Source of the DNA: an uncultured cyanobacterium
Lineage (GTDB): Bacteria; Cyanobacteriota; Cyanobacteriia; Leptolyngbyales; Leptolyngbyaceae
Length of the DNA stretch: 14,146 nucleotides
Direction: 5' to 3'
NCBI GenBank assembly: GCA_963766075.1
Contig: CAVYAN010000102.1
Span: 1 to 14,146 of the forward strand
Part shown: piece by piece, positions 7,349 through 14,146 of the stretch
How positions within the stretch are numbered: position 1 is the stretch's first letter
Layout: each line of letters begins with the position of its first letter
Position numbers and translations under genes: made by a program
The notes under the pieces: generated by a model
Seen by the model: only the letters and a program-made list of their open reading frames with translations
Databases searched by the model: none
What the model was told of the DNA's origin: nothing

Positions 7349-9181
7349 TTACCACTTCTGCTGATCCAGGAGGGCAATGAAATTACGCTTGGCTTTGTAG
7401 GTTTGGCGGAGGTGGGCAACAAGAGCCCCAAATTCAACCTGTTGATTCAGACGCAGCATCAGGCCATGCACTTTTTGCAGGAAGGAAACTGCACTGGCAT
7501 AGGCCGTGTTGTTGGTCTGCTGGATTAGGGGTTCGATTTCTCGTTGATAAAGTGGCAAAGCATCAGCGGGATGAGTCTGTTGGCGACGTTCTGCCAGCCT
7601 GAGCCAAAGTTGTTTGGAGCAGCCACCCGCCTGGGCTTCCTGCCATGCCAACTCATCTTCTCCTTCCCACAAGAAAATTTCAACGAGCAGGGAGCGATCT
7701 CTGTTGAACATTCCGGGGGAATTCCAGGCGGGATAGGAGGCAGCCGAGCGCACCTGTGCTGATTTACGGCTGCGACTGGTTGAGGTTGCCTTTGGGGGCT
7801 GGGGCGGTGGTTTGGGTGGCTCCAACTGTTGCCGGATATGGGTCAGGGCCTTCTCGCGCCAAACGTCCCACTGATTGCCCCGTTCAGCCTGGGTTTTGAG
7901 TTTTTGGTAGCCCTGTAGGGTGACTGATTGCGTGAAGGCTTGCCATGCCAATTCCATGGCATCCTCAATGCGCCCGCGCCGGTAATAGTCTTCAATCACA
8001 AAGTCTCTCAAACTGGTGTCGGGGCGCTCGAAGGCTTTCAGTCCTGATTCTGCCCATTCCAAGGCGCGATCGGGCTGACCATCCTGAAGATAAAGCTGGG
8101 CAATTTCCAGATAGGTCCGGGAGCTGGAGAGATCCCGGCGTTTAATGGCAACTACGGCTTCAAGATCCCCACTGGCTTTTGCCAAGGTCTCTAAAATGCG
8201 TTGGAGTTTGCGCCGCTTGTAATTCCATTCCCCGGTATCTTTCGGCGTTAGCGTTGGGAACTCCTGCCACATTGACTCTGCCAGCTCACGGTAGTGGGCA
8301 AGACCGTCATCGCCCAAAATGGCGGCATAGGTTTCAACGGCGTTGGAAAAACTGCCGAAGCCGCTCTCCATCTCGCCCTGAAACAAGTGGTCTGCCAACG
8401 CAATCGGGTCGGGTTGGGCGAGTTCACACGCCTCATAGTGTAATTCTTGAAAGTCCTCCAGAATACTCCCCACTTCACCACTGGAGTCATCCACAGCATT
8501 CAGGGCCGTTTCAATCAGGGGGATGGCGTATTCACAAAGTTCGATGACCGCCTGGGGATGATCGGCCAGTAAGTCTTGGATGGAATCCAGGACAGAGCCA
8601 ATGCCATCCGCATAGTCACTGACTGCGTTCCATTCGATAAAACCCCGAATGGCGATCGCGTCGCGTAAGGCCCGCCGAAAGGTCGTGAGATCCAGACCCT
8701 GGGGACGCTGTGAGGCGACTTTTAAGAATAACTGCTGCCGCCAATCATCGTCTCGCTTGGTGCGATCCAGTATCCATTGGATCAGGATGGATTTCTCTTG
8801 TTGCTCCAGAAAGTGCTGCACCTCCGGCAGGGTGACGGGCTTTTGAGCCGGAGAACTCCCTTTTTGAGTTTTGGCTGCACTGGGATTGGCCAGCCAGGTT
8901 AACCCGACCGCGACACAATGTTTGCAAAAGATGTCATCCTCACCCAGTGGGCAGGTGCAGGTGGCCTGGAGTTCGCTATCCTCGGCCCACAGTTCTACAT
9001 AGTATTCTTGAGTCCCACTGACACGGGCGGTCAGTCCATCGCCTTCCACGGCTAAATTATGGACATATCCCCGACGAAAGTAGTCTTCCCCACGCGCAAA
9101 GGAGCGATCTCCTGCCATCGCCAGTAGCGCATCCCGCGTCAGAAGATTTTTGAGGGTATGGGTCTGCTTTTTCCCTGCCAT
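7349..9181 (-). CDS. SWIM zinc-finger family protein with a long alpha-helical (TPR-like) C-terminal region
   Basis: 610 aa. N-terminal SFARGEDYFRRGYV..ARVSGTQEYYV, then the SWIM motif CTCP-x6-CKHC; TPR-like segment YLEIAQLYLQDGQPDRALEWAESGLKAF. AGGTAGG-type RBS upstream. Confidence 0.88.
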   Translation of the reverse strand: MAGKKQTHTLKNLLTRDALLAMAGDRSFARGEDYFRRGYVHNLAVEGDGLTARVSGTQEYYVELWAEDSELQATCTCPLGEDDIFCKHCVAVGLTWLANPSAAKTQKGSSPAQKPVTLPEVQHFLEQQEKSILIQWILDRTKRDDDWRQQLFLKVASQRPQGLDLTTFRRALRDAIAIRGFIEWNAVSDYADGIGSVLDSIQDLLADHPQAVIELCEYAIPLIETALNAVDDSSGEVGSILEDFQELHYEACELAQPDPIALADHLFQGEMESGFGSFSNAVETYAAILGDDGLAHYRELAESMWQEFPTLTPKDTGEWNYKRRKLQRILETLAKASGDLEAVVAIKRRDLSSSRTYLEIAQLYLQDGQPDRALEWAESGLKAFERPDTSLRDFVIEDYYRRGRIEDAMELAWQAFTQSVTLQGYQKLKTQAERGNQWDVWREKALTHIRQQLEPPKPPPQPPKATSTSRSRKSAQVRSAASYPAWNSPGMFNRDRSLLVEIFLWEGEDELAWQEAQAGGCSKQLWLRLAERRQQTHPADALPLYQREIEPLIQQTNNTAYASAVSFLQKVHGLMLRLNQQVEFGALVAHLRQTYKAKRNFIALLDQQKW

Positions 9182-9438
9182 CTTGACCTACCTTTCCGCT
9201 ACATCTGGACATAGGAGTCACCTCAACGGCCAGGAGGCTTTCCCACGCTGTCCATAAACTTAGAGCGTACCTATGTGGTTGTCATCTTAATCGTAGCGGA
9301 GGCAGCTCGCGCTGACCATGCTAGGCGAGGCGAAAACCTTGTTGGTAATGCGCCAGAAGTAGTCTCAACTAGATAGCGAGCAATTGATCCGTTGCTAGGC
9401 TATGGACGTGTTTTTAAACTCTAATGAAAGACTACTGG

Positions 9439-9672
9439 TCAATCATCAAGTGTATCTAGCAACACCGCTGAAACGCTACCAACCGAACCAGAAATGCGAT
9501 CGCCCCCCACATCAAACACAATTTCATAGCGCACCCCCGGAGTCAGTTGCCGCAGCACCCGCATATGCGCCTCCGCATCATTGCGCTTCCGAAACCGCGC
9601 AATCACTTGGTTTTGCAAATTCGGCAACAGGCGCATCAGGCACCAGGGATGAAGTTGGTCGAAGTAATTCAT
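9439..9672 (-). CDS. Small conserved cyanobacterial hypothetical protein (77 aa)
   Basis: MNYFDQLHPWCLMRLLPNLQNQVIARFRKRNDAEAHMRVLRQLTPGVRYEIVFD, a pattern I recall from cyanobacterial proteins. ATG at 9672 with a GGAGG RBS at 9679-9683. Confidence 0.8.
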   Translation of the reverse strand: MNYFDQLHPWCLMRLLPNLQNQVIARFRKRNDAEAHMRVLRQLTPGVRYEIVFDVGGDRISGSVGSVSAVLLDTLDD

Positions 9673-9759
9673 AAAACACCTCCAGATGGGTGGAAAATCG
9701 TCAGGACAGGGCACTCGCGGCGGCTCCAGATGCCAGTCCGCCTTACTCCTGCTGTCACC

Positions 9760-10128
9760 CTACAGAACCAGCGATTGGGTAAAACAGTTCAGGCTGGTAT
9801 TGACTTTTGGGCACGTTAGTCTCGATGGTTCGTCCTGTTTAGGCGGACAAAGCGCATTCAACCAGTCCGGCGAAATTTGCTCCGCCTGGTCGAGCAGCAA
9901 ATCCATCAACGCCAAATGCCGCAAATCCGTGGCCGTAGGACGGCGATAGCTCCGGCCTCGGCGAAACCAACCGCGCACCGTAGATACCGACCGAGAGCAA
10001 ATTGCCGCAATTACTTCCTGACTCACCTGCCACTTGGCATAGAAACGCTGCGGCGTCATGCCAAGCTGACAATAGCTATAGCGTTCAACCAACTCTTGCT
10101 CGCGCTGGGTCAGGGGACGGGGCTTCAT
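9760..10128 (-). CDS. Helix-turn-helix domain protein
   Basis: MTPQRFYAKWQVSQEVIAAICSRSVSTVRGWF is an XRE-like HTH. Its start overlaps the upstream stop (ATGA, 10125-10128). Confidence 0.8.
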   Translation of the reverse strand: MKPRPLTQREQELVERYSYCQLGMTPQRFYAKWQVSQEVIAAICSRSVSTVRGWFRRGRSYRRPTATDLRHLALMDLLLDQAEQISPDWLNALCPPKQDEPSRLTCPKVNTSLNCFTQSLVL

Positions 10129-10505
10129 CGCATTGCCTCCACTTCTAAAGGTTCGAGATCTTCTTCCCAGGCAATATCCGCCCTGACCCAGGCGGCACTG
10201 GGAGAGTCAACGTCCAACCAAATCAGGTAACACCATGTCCAACAACGGTGGTGGGGTGCAAAACTGTAGAATTTGCCGATCGCCCTCCCCCAGTCAGCCA
10301 ATTCACCCTGAGATATCCATCGCAGGCGATCGCCCTCCAAAAATCGTGGTGGTTCAACATAGGGAAAAGCCTCTGGTAAATCAGTCGCAGTAGACGGTTC
10401 ATCACCTACTTGGTAAGGCTTTGTGGGGACGAGGGAAAGTGGAGGCGGGCCGCCCGATGACATGGATCGACCAGCCCGAGGTGTGAGTATTTCAGGATGG
10501 AGCAT
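10125..10505 (-). CDS. Conserved hypothetical protein with a Trp-rich, SH3/KOW-like beta domain
   Basis: PRFLEGDRLRWI...DWGRAIGKFYSFAPH..WTWCYLIWLDVDSPSAAWVRADIAWEEDLE. The F.xGDxxRW pattern suggests an SH3-like fold. Start uncertain (10505 or 10463). Confidence 0.7.
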   Translation of the reverse strand: MLHPEILTPRAGRSMSSGGPPPLSLVPTKPYQVGDEPSTATDLPEAFPYVEPPRFLEGDRLRWISQGELADWGRAIGKFYSFAPHHRCWTWCYLIWLDVDSPSAAWVRADIAWEEDLEPLEVEAMR

Positions 10506-10658
10506 AGGTTTACAGCCACTTGTAGGCAGTTAACAATCGAACCGGGCCATAGCGTGATTCGACCCACACAACCCGAGTTACTTTACTCCACTCTAGAGTA
10601 GATTACCTTTCATTGCAAGGCTTCCCTTAAACTTGCTCTGGAGTGATTTAGAGTTCCT

Positions 10659-10823
10659 ATGACCACCCAGAAGCGTCAGACCAGTATTTATCTGCCGGAT
10701 GAAGTCAGAGAAGCCATCCAGGCGATCGCGGATAAAGAACAGCGATCGTTTACCTTCGTTGTCGAGATGCTCCTGAAAGAAGCCCTCAAGGCTAGGGAGA
10801 ACCCAGGGCAAAAGTCTGAGTAG
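10659..10823 (+). CDS. Ribbon-helix-helix (Arc/CopG-like) DNA-binding protein, 54 aa, not in the ORF track
   Basis: MTTQKRQTSIYLPDEVREAIQAIADKEQRSFTFVVEMLLKEALKARENPGQKSE*: beta strand RQTSIYLP, helix 1, RS turn, helix 2. Confidence 0.8.
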   Translation: MTTQKRQTSIYLPDEVREAIQAIADKEQRSFTFVVEMLLKEALKARENPGQKSE

Positions 10824-10965
10824 CCAGCCTCGAATCAGATGATGAACAGCGCCTACACTCAGGGCAAATTTCATCCGCGTACAGGGTCGCCTGCTCGGAT
10901 CTCCGAGTGCCACGACATCATGCGCCTCAAGATGCTGATTTATCACTTAACCCCTCCTGCTGGTC

Positions 10966-11355
10966 ATGAACCCAGAAGATCCGATCGCGATTCTCAAACA
11001 AGCGATCGCTCTTCTCCAGCGCACTGAAACCCTGCTGGATGAGTTGAACGCAAAGCTGGATCATTTGGCAGTCCCCAATGTCGCGCCCGAATGGGTGGAC
11101 AAACATGTGGCGGCGGTGATTGTCGGCGGCAAACATTGGAAAACGTTGGACAAATGGCGCAGCGATCCCAGCAAAGGATTGAGAGAACATATTCACTGGC
11201 TACACGACGGTGGCGAAATCGTCTACCACGCCGAACTCCTCAAAGACTGGTATCGACATCGGGGAGACCCTGATGCGCACTTAAGCGCAATCTCACATTT
11301 CACCGCTCAAAAGTCCAACAGCCAACATAAAAAGCGCGCCCGCAGAGCTAGCTAA
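10966..11355 (+). CDS. Putative excisionase / recombination directionality factor-like protein
   Basis: 129 aa. N-terminal coiled coil, then EWVDKHVAAVIVGGKHWKTLDKWR...LREHIHW...IVYHAELLKDWY (MerR/Xis-like winged HTH) and a basic tail. Convergent with the integrase; the stop codons overlap. Confidence 0.65.
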   Translation: MNPEDPIAILKQAIALLQRTETLLDELNAKLDHLAVPNVAPEWVDKHVAAVIVGGKHWKTLDKWRSDPSKGLREHIHWLHDGGEIVYHAELLKDWYRHRGDPDAHLSAISHFTAQKSNSQHKKRARRAS

Positions 11356-12520
11356 TCTTCCTCCTCATCCCCCAGAAAGTCCGGGGGAGCATTTGGCTTA
11401 CCGTTGTCACCTAGGTAGCTGCGAAATAAGGTGCGCGGGTCATGGCCTAGCCGTTGGGCCACACTGGCCGGATTTTCCCCATATTCAAACAAGCTGATCG
11501 TGGCATTTGTGCGCCGACTGTTGTACGGGCGGCGAATCGATCCCCAACTTTTCCAGAACGGTCTTCCAAGCTCGATTTTTGCGAGCAAAGTTGCGGGCGT
11601 TCATCACTTTCCCCTTACGCGAAGGGAATACAGGAGCATCCGGTGACACATTGGGGGACGGCGGGCCAAGAGTAACTTTTGGAGCCGGGGCGTCAGCGGG
11701 AACGAGCGAGCCTTGTAGCGCTTTTCGGCCTTGCGCTCATCGTTTACCGTCACACTTTCCCCGAACCACACCGTTTTACAATCATCGCTGAGGTGCTTCC
11801 AACATAGAGCGATCGCTTCCCCGTCCGACAGCCCACGCCCAGAAAGAACTCCACAAAATCTCCATAGTAGGAATACTCGGGGTCGGTACGGAAGCCCTGA
11901 ATGATTGCGCGCACCTCCTCAACACTGAAGGGTTTATCGGGTTGCTTCGGGGGCACCTTGTGGGAGGCTTTGACTTTTTTCCACGGATTCCGCTGGTCAG
12001 CCGGGAGTTGACCCTCCTCAATCGCCCAGTCCCAGGACTGGGCCACCAAATAAAGTTTATCCTTGACCGTGACAGGAGCCAGTTCCTTGACTTGCATCAG
12101 CCAATCCCGGAAAGCAACCGCTTCCGGTTCCCCCACATCCTTCGCCCCCTTCGCCTTGAAATAATCCTGAAGATTTGTCAGCAGTCCCCGATGTTTAATC
12201 AGGGTATCTTTCCAGACGTGCGGCGTCTTTGCTTCAATAAATTTCTTAAAAAGAGAAACGACGGTCAGTGTTGCCCCGGCCCGATCACCCCGATACTTTC
12301 GCAGCGTTGGGTCAAATAACCGATTAGCCAGATCGCGCTCGATCAGTTTGGCCTGTAAATCCGCCGCCGACCGATTGGCTTTGGTATCGGTTAAACCCGT
12401 GGCTATCTCAAATCGCTTACCGTCGCCCCCCAACTCGACCGACCAACTCCATCGCAGATAGAGGCGACCATCTGTAGAACGTACAGTGACACTGCCTTTT
12501 GCGGCTTTAGGGCGGGGCAT
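11352..12520 (-). pseudogene. Tyrosine recombinase/phage integrase with an N-terminal Arm DNA-binding domain; three frameshifts
   Basis: MPRPKAAKGSVTVRSTDGRLYLRWSW (Arm domain), a SAM-like domain, then GCRTG/EAIALCWKHL, EKRYKAR, VFPSRKG..NFA..RAWKTVL, RRPYNSRRT, VAQRLGHD..LFRSY. Frameshifts at about 11820 (G4 for G5), about 11655 (C5 for C6) and about 11535. Confidence 0.9.
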
Positions 12521-12555
12521 TGGGGGGAACTCCAGTTCGGGGAAACGGTGAGATC

Positions 12556-12610
12556 TCTCCCCCAATTCTCCCCCAAAAAACGCTCTAGATCGCACTAAAT
12601 CGTTCCAGAT
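12556..12610. repeat. Putative integrase arm-type sites and phased 10-bp repeats (att arm)
   Basis: TCTCCCCCAA twice (12556-12565, 12567-12576; 11-bp period), then CGCTCTAGAT / CGCACTAAAT / CGTTCCAGAT at 10-bp period (12581-12610), between the integrase start and the att core. Confidence 0.55.
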
Positions 12611-12650
12611 TATGCCCCAGACTTGTCCCAGTTTCAGGAAATTCTTCCAT

Positions 12651-12687
12651 AATAAAAGCCTTGCAAGTGTTACCCTGCAAGGCTTTC
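12651..12687 (-). terminator. Intrinsic terminator just downstream of the tRNA 3' fragment
   Basis: Perfect 11-bp stem AAAGCCTTGCA (12655-12665) / TGCAAGGCTTT (12676-12686) with a 10-nt loop. On the minus strand it ends ...GGCTTTTATTAT. Confidence 0.75.
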
Positions 12688-12693
12688 ACCCTA

Positions 12694-12739
12694 TCGGAGC
12701 GGCGAGATTCGAACTCACGACCCCTACTACCCCAAAGTA
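12694..12739 (-). tRNA. 3' fragment of tRNA-Pro(GGG) forming the att core; not a complete tRNA
   Basis: The minus strand reads TACTTTGGGGTAGTAGGGGTCGTGAGTTCGAATCTCGCCGCTCCGA: anticodon loop TT-GGG-GT, T-arm GTGAG-TTCGAAT-CTCGC, 3' acceptor strand CGCTCCG+A. The D-arm and 5' acceptor strand are absent. Confidence 0.88.
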
Positions 12740-13372
12740 AGATATTTTTGCTTAAAATCATTGTTTAGAAGCACTTACAGAGATAAAACTCCTTTAAAGT
12801 GCCAATTCAGTACCAATTTTAAGGAAATCCTAGAGGTGTCTAAAAGCATACGCATGTTCTATTTTTGACTCAAAAGGTAGTGCTTTTCGCCCCCACTTCT
12901 CCCGCTCACAATCGCACTATCTAGAACTTTCTAGTCCAAGAGCGATCTGGCTTTTTCAACAAAAGCGATCACACCGAGTGAGATGCGGTCGCATGGGGTT
13001 AATGTGCTTCTGAGCGGAAGCTCACAAGTCAGGAACGATTACTTTTGACGGGTAACAAAGCGCTTCCGAGCTTGAGCAGGATGCCCCCCACCTGTGGCAA
13101 TCGCACCTAATCTACGAAAGCTTTGGCTTTATCGTCATTCCCAGAGCTAGCCCATTGCCCCCGGACAGCACCACTACCCAAAACGCCCTACTCTTGCAGC
13201 GAGAGTTCTGGCTCCTGGGCAAATTTCCCCAGGATCAGGCTAAACTCGGCCCTTCCCAGCAGCCTTCTCTCCCTGCGGCTATCCAGAAAATGACCCAGCA
13301 GCACTGCTATATTGTCTCAAAAGAATAAGATAACGTTGAACCAGCCCACCAGCACCCGTCCGGTCCCGTTCA

Positions 13373-13427
13373 TCTGGCACGTTTGATTCTGGCACGTTTT
13401 ATGTTGCACGTTTTATGTTGCATTTTT
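13373..13427. repeat. Short imperfect tandem repeat (14-15 bp period, about 4 units)
   Basis: GCACGTTT at 13377, 13392 and 13406, and GCATTTTT at 13420. Confidence 0.7.
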
Positions 13428-13433
13428 AAGGAT

Positions 13434-13751
13434 TCAAGGCCCAATTTCCGCCTTCATCCGCTCCAGGGTTTGGTTCATCTGGTCAAACATCTGCTGCGGC
13501 GTGATGCCAAACTGTCCCAGTTGGGTTTTAAGCTGCTCCACGGTCATTTGGGCCATGAAATCCTCAGACAGCTCAAAGCGCTTCATGAACACGCGGTAAC
13601 GGTCCATCATGGTTTCCATTTGCTCAATATAGAGCTTTTTGCCCTCGCAATCGAACTTGCCATAGTCCGAGCCCAACTTCACGAGGGACTGGTAATCCTC
13701 GAACAAGTTCTTGGCTTCCTGCTGCACAATTTCAGAGTCAAAAAATCCCAT
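13434..13751 (-). CDS. DUF1825-family protein (conserved cyanobacterial)
   Basis: MGFFDSEIVQQEAKNLFEDYQ...YGKFDCEGKKLYIEQME..MDRYRVFMKRFELSEDFMAQMTVEQLKTQL..FGITPQQMFDQMNQTLERMK. ATG at 13751, 105 aa. Confidence 0.9.
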   Translation of the reverse strand: MGFFDSEIVQQEAKNLFEDYQSLVKLGSDYGKFDCEGKKLYIEQMETMMDRYRVFMKRFELSEDFMAQMTVEQLKTQLGQFGITPQQMFDQMNQTLERMKAEIGP

Positions 13752-13947
13752 TGCTTTCAATCCGCTCAACCTTTCAAACCGTTTACAGTATGCACTTTGC
13801 GGGTCATCTACTTATAGTAATGCAAGGAGGAAAGGGGAGTAAGTAGGGGTAACACTACTCTGAATTGGCAGTCCTATGCCGTCCTACGCCCCTTGCAGAA
13901 TCAGGTTGTCGAACAAGCCTGACTGCCTCCGACAAATCACGCCGGAA

Positions 13948-14146
13948 TCACACTGTGAACTCTGCAAACTGATTATCTTCGTCTGCGGGCTTGGCTTTGG
14001 CGGACTTTCCCGATGCCAGAGTAGCCGATGGCAGAGTGTTCGAGCCTTGTAAGACCTGCTCTAGGGAAAGTTGAGGATTTTATTGGAGAATATTTAGGAC
14101 TGTCATCAGGTCACACACAGGAATTCCCCCCGGTGTCAGCAGCGCA
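13948..14146 (-). other. Probable 3' end of a CDS entering from the right; product unknown
   Basis: The frame reads ALLTPGGIPVCDLMTVLNILQ*NPQLSLEQVLQGSNTLPSATLASGKSAKAKPADEDNQFAEFTV*. It ends either at TAA 14080-14082 or, if that stop is premature, at TGA 13948-13950. Confidence 0.35.

Larger units (their letters stand above)
5349..12739. mobile_element. Remnant integrative element at tRNA-Pro(GGG); left boundary not visible
   Basis: att core, arm repeats, integrase, Xis-like and RHH genes, followed by plasmid-type cargo that ends abruptly at the IS5 right end. Whether all the cargo belongs to one element is inference. Confidence 0.6.

Noticed and set aside
7544..8927. Short ORFs overlapping the SWIM gene
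   Set aside because: Antisense or alternate-frame shadows of the 610-aa CDS.
9402..9423. GGACGTGTTTTTAAACTC resembling an IS5-type terminal repeat
   Set aside because: No partner inverted repeat or transposase remnant found; too short to support.
10593..11196. Minus-strand ORFs 10593..10946 and 10927..11196
   Set aside because: Antisense to the RHH and Xis-like genes, which have recognisable motifs.
12480..12492. GTACAGTGAC resembling a Tn7/CAST end (TGTACAGTGAC)
   Set aside because: It is preceded by C rather than T, lies inside the integrase coding sequence, and has no repeated TnsB sites or tns genes nearby.
12694..12770. Complete tRNA-Pro gene
   Set aside because: Similarity stops at 12739; there is no D-arm or 5' acceptor strand.
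13056..13328. Stop-free 90-codon frame on the + strand
   Set aside because: No convincing start or RBS and no recognisable motif; it could be a gene relic but I cannot support it.
13383..13817. 144-aa plus-strand ORF
   Set aside because: Antisense shadow of DUF1825.

Overview
Cyanobacterial DNA: at least 15 copies of the HIP1 octamer GCGATCGC, plus Uma2 and DUF1825 genes. The region is heavily decayed. Left to right it holds the 3' end of a disrupted Txe/YoeB toxin, two convergent Uma2-family genes (the first with a premature TAG) separated by a perfect 30-bp palindrome centred on HIP1, and an intact bioA. An IS pile-up follows: an internally deleted ISKra4-like element 1 bp from the bioA start codon, a stranded two-repeat WD40 fragment, a truncated IS5 left end, and an apparently intact IS5 (IS1031-like). 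From about 5349 to 12739 lies the remnant of an integrative element. It carries a ParM/StbA-like pseudogene with two downstream genes, a 610-aa SWIM zinc-finger protein, three small conserved genes including an HTH, a 54-aa ribbon-helix-helix gene missing from the ORF track, an excisionase-like gene and a triply frameshifted tyrosine integrase. It ends at an att site made of the 3' 46 nt of tRNA-Pro(GGG), with arm-type repeats on both sides, which suggests tandem integration. The window ends with a DUF1825 gene and the 3' end of another CDS. Family calls come from motif recognition only; no searches were run.
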